64,000 nucleotides of DNA from an uncultured Eubacteriales bacterium (GCA_900547165.1 URFZ01000013.1:1292-65291), one strand, 5' to 3'; positions 36,821 through 45,658 are shown, counted from the stretch's first letter. Numbers and translations: made by a program. The notes: generated by a model not told the origin, from the letters alone.

Positions 36821-37396
36821 TCACCAAATCCTGATTCCTGCTTTTTCAAGCATTTCAATAACCGTGCAAACGGGAAGTCCGACAACGTTTGACCAGTCCC
36901 CGTTTATTCTTTCAACAAAATTCCCGCCCCTGCCTTGTATCGCGTAAGCGCCGGCTTTGCCCATCGGTTCGCCTGTTGCCACATACGCTTTGAGTTCTTC
37001 TTCGCAGGCGTTGCGGAAGAACACTTCCGTACCCACGACGTTCTTTTCAACAACGGGCTTACCGTCCTTTTCAAACATAACGCAAACACCCGTATACACA
37101 AAATGCGAACGTCCCGCAAGGACCTCAACCATTCGCAGAGCGTCGTCGGCGTCTTTCGGTTTTCCGAATATATCGCCGTCGAGAGCTACGACCGTGTCGG
37201 CGGAAAGCACACAATCGTTTTTATGAGAAGCGAACACCGCCGCACCTTTCATTTCGGAAAGTTTGGAAACAACTTCTTCGGGCGTGCCGAAAACGCCGCT
37301 TTCGTCAACGTCGGAAACGCAGACTTCAAATTCCGCGCCCGCGCGTGTCAAAAGTTCTTTTCTTCTCGGAGACCCCGAAGCAAGTATAAGTTTCAT
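36821..37396 (-). CDS. maf: Maf-like nucleoside triphosphate pyrophosphatase
   Basis: MKLILASGSPRRKELL.., SADTVV, and GKAGAYAIQG. Confidence 0.85.
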   Translation of the reverse strand: MKLILASGSPRRKELLTRAGAEFEVCVSDVDESGVFGTPEEVVSKLSEMKGAAVFASHKNDCVLSADTVVALDGDIFGKPKDADDALRMVEVLAGRSHFVYTGVCVMFEKDGKPVVEKNVVGTEVFFRNACEEELKAYVATGEPMGKAGAYAIQGRGGNFVERINGDWSNVVGLPVCTVIEMLEKAGIRIW

Positions 37397-37594
37397 TGCG
37401 TTTTTCCGTTCCTTTCCGCTGTCGGAATATATTCGGCACAGCCAGAGCATAGACAGCCCGAACAAAAAGCCGTTTCAATGTCGGTGTTGTGATTATTTAT
37501 AATTTTTCATTTTATTTTAGCATATATTTATATAAAAATCAAGACGAAAAAGAAAGGAAAAACCTCCGAGAGTGCATTTTTTGAAAAATATTCA

Positions 37595-37623
37595 TTGAAT
37601 TATGCGCTCCGATGTGATACAAT
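37595..37623 (+). promoter_or_regulatory. extended -10 promoter for the S24-like gene
   Basis: TTGAAT, 17 nt ending in TGa, then TACAAT (37618-37623). Confidence 0.5.
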
Positions 37624-37656
37624 AAACGAAAGCAAACGCTCGGAGGTATAAAAACA

Positions 37657-38010
37657 ATGCTTATTCCCGTATACGACACGGCTGACGAATATCTGGACGG
37701 CGAACCCTCGTCCGAAAAAGAAACGGAACTCGGCGAAGATGCCGCAGAGGGACTGTTCTGGTTCCGTATGCCCGATAAATCCATGGAACCGCTTATCAAA
37801 GAAAACGAATACGTCCTTTTCAGAGAAACAAAAAAACTCGGCGAAGTAGGAACGGTCGCGCTTGTCGCGCTGGGTGACGAACTGCTTGTCCGCCACCTCG
37901 ATTACGCAAAAGATTCGCTTTGGCTCAAACCCGAGAACCCCGAATTTGAAACAAAAACTTTCATGGGCGTTTCTCTCCGCAGAGCAAAACTCCAAGCGGT
38001 CAGAGTATAA
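37657..38010 (+). CDS. stand-alone S24 (LexA/UmuD-like) peptidase-domain protein without an HTH
   Basis: MPDKSMEPLI matches the GDSMEP Ser motif and ..LKPENPEF.. matches LQPENP. There is no DNA-binding domain, only an acidic N-terminus. Confidence 0.65.
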   Translation: MLIPVYDTADEYLDGEPSSEKETELGEDAAEGLFWFRMPDKSMEPLIKENEYVLFRETKKLGEVGTVALVALGDELLVRHLDYAKDSLWLKPENPEFETKTFMGVSLRRAKLQAVRV

Positions 38011-38169
38011 CGGCACGAAGCATATTGACGGACAAGGCTTTTGCTTTGTCCGTTGACGTTTTATTCTTAATTCTTTACACAAATCAAAATTTTTGCCGTT
38101 TAATTCGGCAAAAGCAGGCATTTTTTGGCTTTTTTGCAAAGTAAAACACCCATAAAAATTTTCGTCAAG

Positions 38170-38205
38170 AAAAAAAAACAGTCCGCAGAGGTTTTCTCTG
38201 CGGAC
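38170..38205 (-). terminator. gdh terminator
   Basis: GTCCGCAGAG / CTCTGCGGAC stem, followed on the minus strand by a run of T. Confidence 0.65.
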
Positions 38206-38229
38206 ATATTTTTAATTTGTCAGCGGCAA

Positions 38230-39483
38230 TCAGTGCCACGGCTTGCGGATCTTGGTGGATTCCACGATTCGGCCTATCGCAACGGCGTAAGCCGCGTTTC
38301 TGAACGTTGTGCCGTACTGCTCTTTTGCCTTTGTAACGGCTTCGAAAGAGTTGTTCATTCTGTGTGCGAGTTTTTCGTTGACATCCTCTTCCGACCAGTA
38401 GAAGTTGGAGAGGTTCTGAACCCATTCGAAGTAGGAAACGACAACGCCGCCGCCGTTGGCGAGAATGTCGGGAACAACGGGAATGCCTTTCTGTTCGAGA
38501 ATCTTATCGGCTTCATAAGTCGTCGGACCGTTCGCGCCCTCAACGATAAGGAACGCTTTGACGTCAGCCGCATTTTTCTCGGTTATCTGATTTTCGAGAG
38601 CGCACGGAATAAGCACGTCGCAGTCGCAGGTCAGCACGGCTTCGCGAACAAGTTGTTTCGCGCCCGTGTAGGTATTGAGCGTTTTGCCGGAAGCGATATA
38701 GTTTCTGATTTCCGTTATGTTGAGTCCGTTTTCGTCGTAAACACAGCCGTAAACGTCGCTGACACAGACGATCTTATAGCCCTTGTCATACATGATCTGC
38801 GCGGTAAGTCCGCCTACGTTTCCGAGTCCCTGAACGGCAATTCTGTTATGCGTGCCCGCTTTGCCGAGGTAGGAAAGCGCGTTTTCGGCAGTCATTACAA
38901 CTCCGTTTGCGGTCGCCGCTGTTCTGCCGAGAGAGCCGCCTATCGCAATGGGTTTGCCCGTTACGACGCCGGGACACTGTTTGCCGGCAAGTTTCGAATA
39001 CTCGTCCATTATCCAACCCATGATCTCGCCGTTGGTGTTAACGTCGGGCGCGGGAATATCGGTCTCGGGACCGATAACGGGAGCGATCTTCTCGGTGAAT
39101 TTTCTCGTCAGTCTTTCAAGTTCGCCTTTCGAGAGTTTTCTCGGATCAACGGTTATACCGCCTTTGCCGCCGCCGTAAGGAATGCCCGCAACGGCGCATT
39201 TAAAGCTCATCCAAGCGGCAAGCGCCTTGACTTCGTTGATGTCCGTGTCCTGATGGAAACGGATACCGCCTTTGTAAGGACCTCTGACGGAGGAATGTTG
39301 AACGCGATAGCCCTCGAAAACTTCGATATGACCGTCGTCCATTTCTACGGGAATGGCAACTTTCAACTCTCTTTCGGGGTATTTGAGCATAACGTACTCG
39401 TCGGGAGAAAGTCCCATCATTTTTGCCGCGTCTTCAAGCACGCTCAGCATATTCTCGTACGGATTGTTCATGTCGGAAATCAA
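38230..39483 (-). CDS. gdhA: NAD(P)-dependent glutamate dehydrogenase
   Basis: KGGIRFH and GGGKGG motifs, and a Rossmann GxGxVG (QGLGNVG). 417 aa. Confidence 0.93.
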   Translation of the reverse strand: MISDMNNPYENMLSVLEDAAKMMGLSPDEYVMLKYPERELKVAIPVEMDDGHIEVFEGYRVQHSSVRGPYKGGIRFHQDTDINEVKALAAWMSFKCAVAGIPYGGGKGGITVDPRKLSKGELERLTRKFTEKIAPVIGPETDIPAPDVNTNGEIMGWIMDEYSKLAGKQCPGVVTGKPIAIGGSLGRTAATANGVVMTAENALSYLGKAGTHNRIAVQGLGNVGGLTAQIMYDKGYKIVCVSDVYGCVYDENGLNITEIRNYIASGKTLNTYTGAKQLVREAVLTCDCDVLIPCALENQITEKNAADVKAFLIVEGANGPTTYEADKILEQKGIPVVPDILANGGGVVVSYFEWVQNLSNFYWSEEDVNEKLAHRMNNSFEAVTKAKEQYGTTFRNAAYAVAIGRIVESTKIRKPWH

Positions 39484-39668
39484 CCTTTCAAAGATATATA
39501 AAATTTTTTAGGGGTGCAACACAAAGGAAAACCGCCTGTCGCAAACGCAAACACCGGTTCTCCCTCTATGAGGCTATACCCTCTGAACTTCCTTGTTCCC
39601 ATCTATTCTAACACAAAGGCATTTTTTTGTCAACCCGGAAAACGTTTTTTGTCAAAAATAAGCAAAAC

Positions 39669-39712
39669 ACCGAAGTTGAGTTTGTGCGACCTTAACTCAA
39701 CTTCGGTATTTT
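39669..39712. terminator. strong hairpin terminator (probable end of liv operon transcripts; bidirectional)
   Basis: 14-bp stem ACCGAAGTTGAGTT / AACTCAACTTCGGT with T-rich tracts on both strands. It lies about 280 nt beyond the livF stop, with family 1 copy B in between. Confidence 0.6.
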
Positions 39713-39740
39713 CATTGTCTTTAAGCGTGTTATTTATTAT

Positions 39741-39986
39741 ATTTTCAGCCTTTTTACATCCCTTGGGGATAGGGAAAAATGTTTAGAATGGGTGAATCGA
39801 ACCCGAAGGTGTATGTTCATACATCGAGAGGTGAGATTCGCCCGTAGCAAAAAAGGCGTATAAACCATTATTTATGAAAGAAAACACAAAAATCTCTGTT
39901 TTGAATCTTTTTATTTATCTTTTAGACTATTGCTTTTTTTGTATTTTTCCAGCCTTTTTTGCGGTCTGGGCTTTTTTTACATCCCC
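39741..39986 (+). repeat. unclassified intergenic element, family 1 copy B (candidate structured RNA, compact form)
   Basis: Shares three conserved blocks with 19771-20283 and ends 1 nt from the livF stop. See findings for helices and compensatory changes. Confidence 0.7.
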
Positions 39987-39987
39987 G

Positions 39988-40701
39988 TTAACCGCCGAGA
40001 TATGCTTTCTTAACCTGCTCACTGGCAAGAAGTTCCGCGCCCGTGCCGGAAAGCACTATCTTGCCGCTTTCGAGAACATAAGCATTGTCCGCTATCGAAA
40101 GCGCCATCTGCGCGTTCTGCTCAACAAGCAGTATAGTTGTGCCCGCGTTGTGCAGTTCCTTGATAATGTCAAAGATCTGATCGACAAGAATGGGCGAAAG
40201 ACCCATCGACGGCTCGTCAAGCATAAGCAACTGCGGCTTGGACATAAGCGCTCTGCCCATGGCAAGCATCTGCTGTTCGCCGCCCGAAAGCGTACCTGCC
40301 ACCTGCTTGCGGCGTTCTTTCAGACGCGGGAAACGTGAATATACGTCCGCTATACCGTCGTCTATCTCCGAGCGGGGGCGTGTATATGCGCCCATTTCAA
40401 GGTTTTCCTCAACGCTCATTTGGAGAAATACGCGGCGTCCCTCCGGAACGTGCGCCAAACCGTGTTCAACTATCTTGTGGGGTGCGACGCCCGCAAGGTT
40501 TTTGCCGAGGAACTCTATCGAACCGGTCTTTGAATGAAGCAGACCGGAAATCGTTTGAAGCGTTGTGCTTTTGCCCGCGCCGTTCGCGCCGACAAGCGTA
40601 ACAATCTGCCCCTTGCGGACTTCGAAGGAGATATCTTTGATTGCATGAATACTGCCGTAATAAACGTTGATATCGTTGACTTTAAGCATTATATCCGACA
40701 T
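39988..40701 (-). CDS. livF: branched-chain amino acid ABC transporter ATP-binding protein LivF
   Basis: Walker A GANGAGKST, signature LSGGEQQML, and Walker B LLMLDEPS. Confidence 0.9.
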   Translation of the reverse strand: MSDIMLKVNDINVYYGSIHAIKDISFEVRKGQIVTLVGANGAGKSTTLQTISGLLHSKTGSIEFLGKNLAGVAPHKIVEHGLAHVPEGRRVFLQMSVEENLEMGAYTRPRSEIDDGIADVYSRFPRLKERRKQVAGTLSGGEQQMLAMGRALMSKPQLLMLDEPSMGLSPILVDQIFDIIKELHNAGTTILLVEQNAQMALSIADNAYVLESGKIVLSGTGAELLASEQVKKAYLGG

Positions 40702-40705
40702 ACTC

Positions 40706-41551
40706 TCAATTCTCCTTTCTGTTTCCGAGATACGCCTCGATAACAACGGGGTTCGACTGTATCTCTTCCGCGGTACCCTTTGCGATAACTTTGCCGAAGT
40801 TCAGCACGCAGATACCCTCGCAGATACCCATAACGAGTTTCATATCGTGCTCGATAAGAAGAACGGCTATTTTGAAATCGTCTCTTATGCGGACGATGTT
40901 TTCCATAAGATCGACGGTCTCGGCGGGGTTCATGCCCGCGGCGGGTTCGTCAAGCAGAAGAAGACGGGGATTTGTTGCAAGCGCGCGGACGATTTCAAGT
41001 CTGCGCTGTGCGCCGTAAGGCAGCGAACCTGCTTTCCAGTCGTGCATATCCTCCATGCCGAAGATCGAAAGCAATTCCATAGCCTTTTCATGAGCCTGTT
41101 TTTCCTTGCCCCAGAAGCGCGGAAGACGGAAAATACCCTCCGCCGTGCTGTATTTGACCTGATTATGAAGACCTACTTTAACATTGTCTTCAACGGTCAT
41201 ATTGGAGAAAAGTCTGATGTTCTGAAACGTTCTCGCAACACCCATCTTGTTTATCTGCGGGGTCGTTTTGCCCGCGGTGTCCTCGCCGTTTATCATGATA
41301 ACGCCGCGTGTGGGCTGATAAACCTTTGTAAGAAGATTGAAAACCGTGGTCTTGCCCGCACCGTTGGGACCTATAAGACCCGCAATTTCTGTTTTGCCTA
41401 TCGTGAAGTTGAAATCCTCAACCGCGTGAAGTCCGCCGAAATCAATGCCGAGATGACGGCATTCGAGAGAGGGAGTCTCGTTGACGTCTCTTTCGGGTAC
41501 TATGGAATGAGACGGAACGGGAACCATTTTTCCCTTTTGAAACTTATCCAT
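40706..41551 (-). CDS. livG: branched-chain amino acid ABC transporter ATP-binding protein LivG
   Basis: GPNGAGKTT, LPYGAQRRLEI and LLLLDEPAAG, plus a BCA_ABC_TP_C-like tail. Confidence 0.9.
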   Translation of the reverse strand: MDKFQKGKMVPVPSHSIVPERDVNETPSLECRHLGIDFGGLHAVEDFNFTIGKTEIAGLIGPNGAGKTTVFNLLTKVYQPTRGVIMINGEDTAGKTTPQINKMGVARTFQNIRLFSNMTVEDNVKVGLHNQVKYSTAEGIFRLPRFWGKEKQAHEKAMELLSIFGMEDMHDWKAGSLPYGAQRRLEIVRALATNPRLLLLDEPAAGMNPAETVDLMENIVRIRDDFKIAVLLIEHDMKLVMGICEGICVLNFGKVIAKGTAEEIQSNPVVIEAYLGNRKEN

Positions 41552-42644
41552 TCTGTTGCTCTCCTTTCTTTGCCTTGCGGAACAGGTTGGTTATCGGCGA
41601 TACCGCTTTTGAAAGCAGGAATTTGAGTTGTTCGTTATTCTTGAAGACCATAACAAGGATAAGGATGACCGCATATATGAGCATACGGTAATCGGAGAAC
41701 CCGCGCAGGACTTCGGGCAGAAGATAAAGGAGCGTGGCGGCAATGACCGAGCCGAGCATATTGCCGAGTCCGCCGAGAACAACGAACACAAGAACGAGTA
41801 TGGACGTGTTGAAATCGAACTTTGCGGCAGTTATGCCGGAATAGTTAAGACCGTAAAGCGCGCCCGCGGCACCCGCGATGGCGGCGGATATCGTAAACGC
41901 TATCATCTTATATTTCATAACGTTTATACCGCAGGCTTCGGCGGCGATACGGTTGTCGCGAACCGCGATTATCGCGCGACCCGTGCGGCTGCGAACAAGG
42001 TTCAGCACGATAACAAGCGCAACCATTATCAGGATAAAGCCCGCCGTAAAGGTGGCGATACGCTGAATGCCTACCGTGCCCTGCGCGCCTTTGATGATGG
42101 CTTTTCCGCCCTCTTCAAGCCCGAGGTCGGTAACGTTTTTGCTGCCCGTAGCGTTGAATATGATGTGAAGCCCGTTTGAATCAACGCCGACGATAAGGCA
42201 GTTGATAAGGTCTTTTATTATTTCGCCAAACGCGAGTGTAACTATCGCAAGATAGTCGCCGCGAAGACGGAGAACGGGGATACCGATAAGGAAGCCCATT
42301 ATGCCCGCGAGAACGGCGCCGATGATTATCGCAAGAAGCAGACGGAGCCATTTATCGGGAACGGAGTCCGCAAGCGCGGTGGAGACTATCGCGCCGGAGA
42401 ATGCGCCGACGCTCATAAAGCCCGCATGACCGAGCGAAAGTTCGCCCATAATGCCGACGGTGAGGTTGAGCGAGATAGCCATAACGATGTAGCAGCAGGC
42501 GGGAACGAGCCAGCCCTGTTGAGAGCGGTTCAACGCGCCCGCGGAATTAAGTGCGGTAACGATAACGAAAACGACGATTACGAACAGGTAGGTCGCATAA
42601 TCAAAGACGTTTGTTTTTTTGAGTTTGAATCTTTTGTTTCCCAT
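41544..42644 (-). CDS. livM: branched-chain amino acid ABC transporter permease LivM
   Basis: Polytopic permease. The start MGNKRFKLKK avoids overlap with livH. Confidence 0.85.
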   Translation of the reverse strand: MGNKRFKLKKTNVFDYATYLFVIVVFVIVTALNSAGALNRSQQGWLVPACCYIVMAISLNLTVGIMGELSLGHAGFMSVGAFSGAIVSTALADSVPDKWLRLLLAIIIGAVLAGIMGFLIGIPVLRLRGDYLAIVTLAFGEIIKDLINCLIVGVDSNGLHIIFNATGSKNVTDLGLEEGGKAIIKGAQGTVGIQRIATFTAGFILIMVALVIVLNLVRSRTGRAIIAVRDNRIAAEACGINVMKYKMIAFTISAAIAGAAGALYGLNYSGITAAKFDFNTSILVLVFVVLGGLGNMLGSVIAATLLYLLPEVLRGFSDYRMLIYAVILILVMVFKNNEQLKFLLSKAVSPITNLFRKAKKGEQQNG

Positions 42645-42654
42645 AACGTCCTCC

Positions 42655-43560
42655 TTATACTTTTTCCTGAACGTTCTTGCCCAAAAGTCCCGCGGGACGA
42701 ACAAGAAGTACGACTATAAGAACAGCGAACACTATCGCATTCGAAAGCTGCGTTGAAATGTAAGCCTTGGCAAAGGATTCGATAACGCCGAGCAGAAGTC
42801 CGCCGAGGAACGCGCCCGGAATAGAACCGATGCCTCCGAAAACGGCGGCGGTGAATGCCTTGATACCGGGCATTGAACCGGTCGTGGGAGAAAGGGTGGG
42901 ATAGGACGAGCAAAGCAGAACGCCCGCAACGGCGGCAAGCGCGGAGCCTATCGCAAAGGTCATCGAAATGGTTCTGTTGACGTTGATACCCATCAACTGC
43001 GCAGCGCCTTTGTCTTCGGAACAAGCGCGCATTGCCTTGCCGAGTTTGCTTTTTGACGTGAAGAGCGTCAGCGCAACCATGATGACAACACAGCAGAGAA
43101 TGGTGAACATTGCTATGTAGGAAATCGAGAGTTTGCCGTCAAACAGATGAAGCGTGCCCGAGATGACGGACGAATATGTCTTCGGGTCGGATCCCCAGAT
43201 AAGCAGTGCCGAGTTTTGAAGCAGATACGAAACGCCTATCGCGGTTATAAGAACCGCAAGCGACGAAGCCGCACGGAGCGGTTTATACGCAAACCCCTCG
43301 ATAAGAATGCCGAGCACGGTGCAGACAACGACGGCGGCAAGGATTGAAACTATCGCCGAGACCCATGAGGGGAACGACGTGAATTTTTCGGTGATGAACG
43401 CAGACGCAAAGAAGGAGATATAGCCTCCGACCATGATAACGTCTCCGTGCGCGAAGTTAAGCATCTTTGCTATGCCGTAAACCATCGTATAACCGAGGGC
43501 GATGATGGCATAAACGCTTCCGAGGCTTATCCCGCTGATAAGATACGAGAGAAATTCCAT
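42655..43560 (-). CDS. livH: branched-chain amino acid ABC transporter permease LivH
   Basis: Polytopic permease beginning MEFLSYLISGISLGSVYAIIALGYTMVYG. Confidence 0.9.
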   Translation of the reverse strand: MEFLSYLISGISLGSVYAIIALGYTMVYGIAKMLNFAHGDVIMVGGYISFFASAFITEKFTSFPSWVSAIVSILAAVVVCTVLGILIEGFAYKPLRAASSLAVLITAIGVSYLLQNSALLIWGSDPKTYSSVISGTLHLFDGKLSISYIAMFTILCCVVIMVALTLFTSKSKLGKAMRACSEDKGAAQLMGINVNRTISMTFAIGSALAAVAGVLLCSSYPTLSPTTGSMPGIKAFTAAVFGGIGSIPGAFLGGLLLGVIESFAKAYISTQLSNAIVFAVLIVVLLVRPAGLLGKNVQEKV

Positions 43561-43800
43561 AAAAGTACCTCTTTTTTCTTTTTTGGCGAGGTGTTGCCGA
43601 GCGGCAACCGAAATGTTGAATTATATAATATACACACGCATACACGCGCGTGCGCGTAAAAAAATAAATTACGGTATTCCGTCGCATACGGAAGACGCCA
43701 AACCGCAAAATTCGACAAGGGTTCGGGCATACTACGCCCATGACTGCCGTTTCGGGGTTTTCCGTATACGAGGGAATACGTTGAAAGAATACACCTAATT

Positions 43801-43833
43801 CGGCTGCCGCGGGAGGTCAGCACGCGGCAGCCG
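43801..43833 (-). promoter_or_regulatory. intercistronic hairpin after livJ (partial terminator or processing element)
   Basis: 11-bp GC-rich stem CGGCTGCCGCG / CGCGGCAGCCG with no clear U-tract, inside a 328-nt livJ-livH spacer. Confidence 0.45.
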
Positions 43834-43888
43834 AAAGTTCTCTTTTACATAAAAACTCTTTTATTTTGCGGGATATATCCCACTTTTA

Positions 43889-45094
43889 TCATTGATTTTC
43901 GGGAAGAACGTAAGTGCCGTTCTTGATAACAACAGCTTTCGGTGCTTTCGAAACTTCACCGGTGCTCTTCCATGTCATACCCTGACCGGTAAGTCCGTTA
44001 AGGACGATGTTCGGCATAACCGCAACGATAGCGTCGCAGATTTCTTCTGTGGTCATGTCAGAGGTGCAGCCGGCCTTGTTTATCGCTTCATATACGGCGT
44101 AAACCGCGTCGTAAGCGTCGGCAGCGAACTGGTTGGGAGTCTGACCGTATTTATCGTTGTAGGTCTTTACGAAGTTTTGAGTCAGTTCATCGGTGGAGTC
44201 TGCCGCGAACGGGGTCAGAAGCATAACGCCCTCGGCAAGAGAAGTATCAAAGCCTTTAAGGGTAAGAATACCGTCCATACCGTCAACGCCGAAGAACGTC
44301 GGCTCATATCCCATATCTTTTGCCTGTTTCAGGATAACGGAAGCGGGCTGATAGTAAATGGGAAGGAATATCGTGTCGGCGCCCGCCTGTCTGGAAGCGG
44401 TCAACTGAACGGAGAAGTCCGTCGAAGAATCTTTTGTGAAGGTGCCTTCGTAAACAACTTCGATACCCTTGGAAGCGGCTTCCTTAACGAAAGTATCACG
44501 GATACCCTGCGAGTATGCGTCATCGTTTCTGTAAATAACGGCAACTTTTACGCCTGCCATATTTTCCGACATGTAGTCAGCCGCGCCGACACCTTGGTTC
44601 GGGTCGGTAAAGCATACCTGGAACATATTATCCTTGCCGCTGATAACGTCGGTGGAGGATGCGGACGGGGTCAAAGCAAAAACTCTGTCGCTGTATGTAA
44701 GTGAAGAAACCGCGATAGCCGGACCTGTGGTAACGGGACCTATAAGGATCTGCATACCCCAGTCAAGCAGGCTGTTGTAAGCGTTGGTGGAAGTCTCTGC
44801 GTCCGAAACGTCGTCCGCGGACTTGAACTCAAATTTAACGTTGCCGTTTTTGGCGTTGATCTCGTCAACCGCGATCTGAGCGCCGTTCATAACGGCGGTG
44901 CCGTAAATCGCGGCGTCGCCCGTAAGAGGACCGATACCGCCGAGTTTGAACGTTCCCGATGCGACACCTGTTTCGGAGCCGTCTGCGGAACCTTTGGTAG
45001 TGTTTCCTTTGTCATTGTTGCCGCAGCCCGCGAAAGCAAACAGACAAGCAAACGCCATCGCTACGACAATCAGCATTGCTGCAAATCTCTTCAT
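43889..45094 (-). CDS. livJ: branched-chain amino acid ABC transporter substrate-binding lipoprotein
   Basis: Lipobox LFAFAGC-G. The body is Peripla_BP_6-like. The ATG at 45094 follows AAGAGG. Confidence 0.85.
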   Translation of the reverse strand: MKRFAAMLIVVAMAFACLFAFAGCGNNDKGNTTKGSADGSETGVASGTFKLGGIGPLTGDAAIYGTAVMNGAQIAVDEINAKNGNVKFEFKSADDVSDAETSTNAYNSLLDWGMQILIGPVTTGPAIAVSSLTYSDRVFALTPSASSTDVISGKDNMFQVCFTDPNQGVGAADYMSENMAGVKVAVIYRNDDAYSQGIRDTFVKEAASKGIEVVYEGTFTKDSSTDFSVQLTASRQAGADTIFLPIYYQPASVILKQAKDMGYEPTFFGVDGMDGILTLKGFDTSLAEGVMLLTPFAADSTDELTQNFVKTYNDKYGQTPNQFAADAYDAVYAVYEAINKAGCTSDMTTEEICDAIVAVMPNIVLNGLTGQGMTWKSTGEVSKAPKAVVIKNGTYVLPENQ

Positions 45095-45155
45095 AATAAA
45101 CAACCTCTTTTCAGCCCGAGACATTCGGGTGAATGTTTTATTTTTCGATGTGAAT

Positions 45156-45184
45156 ATTGTACCACATATTCATGTGAATGTCAA
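45156..45184 (-). promoter_or_regulatory. livJ promoter
   Basis: On the minus strand: TTGACA (45184-45179), 17 nt ending in TGg, then TACAAT (45161-45156). Confidence 0.5.
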
Positions 45185-45364
45185 CGACAAATTCAAACAA
45201 TGTTGCACTAATTCACACACACCCAAATATGCATATTGCACAATTTCGCACGTATTTTTTACGAAATCAACCGTTTTTCGGGTGCAGACCTCACATTTTT
45301 ATGTTTACAGTGTCAGCGGATGTCCCTCTTGTGTTCATGATTTCAACGGGAAAGCCCCGTTGAA
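45176..45364. repeat. intergenic repeat family 3, unit 1 (189 bp)
   Basis: Aligns to 45467-45658 at an offset of 291, roughly three quarters identical by eye. It ends in the hairpin TTCAACGGG-AAAGC-CCCGTTGAA. Confidence 0.8.
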
Positions 45365-45466
45365 GATATGTTATTTGAAAAAGGTGTGCTATTTATATAC
45401 GCCGTGCGAACGTTCGCTCCGTTCTCTCGCACATGGCTGTTCGCAAAACAGGTTTGTTTTGCGATT

Positions 45467-45658
45467 GAATGTCAACGACAAATTCAAACAATATTGCACT
45501 AAATCACGCAGACTCGTATGCATATATCGCACAACTTCGCGCATATTTTTTACGAAACCAACTGTTTTTCGGGTTCAGACCCCACATTTTTATGTTTACT
45601 GTTTCAACGAAAGTCTCATATTTAATATCAACGAACTCAGCGGGAAAGCCCCGTTGAA
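45467..45658. repeat. intergenic repeat family 3, unit 2 (192 bp)
   Basis: See unit 1. The same terminal hairpin is present, with an 8-nt bulge. Confidence 0.8.

Noticed and set aside
39790-39843. tRNA-like look of GGGTGAATCGAACCC (its reverse complement GGGTTCGATTCACCC resembles a T-arm), suggesting a tRNA gene or tRNA-derived att site
   Set aside because: No 5-bp T-stem can be drawn around a 7-nt TTCGATT loop, no anticodon or D arm fits, and the whole helix-bounded unit is only about 55 nt. It is not a tRNA or tmRNA.
39779-39850. Short ORF with a decent RBS inside family 1: MFRMGESNPKVYVHTSRGEIRP here, and MFRMGESSPW.. in copy A at 19802
   Set aside because: Only the first 8 codons are shared. 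After removing the insertion, copy A terminates after 12 codons. Conservation follows RNA/DNA pairing rather than codons.
39874-40338. 154-aa + ORF with a hydrophobic N-terminus (MKENTKISVLNLFIYLLDYCFFCIF..), considered as a type I toxin-like peptide
   Set aside because: It has no stop near the hydrophobic part and reads on antisense through livF. Copy A has no start codon and a 1-nt indel shifts the frame. The hydrophobicity comes from the T-rich sequence.
45178-45657. Paired 61- and 62-aa ORFs (MSTTNSNN..) in the family 3 units
   Set aside because: There is no RBS. The similarity simply mirrors nucleotide repeat identity, including non-synonymous scatter, and they lie antisense to the livJ promoter region.
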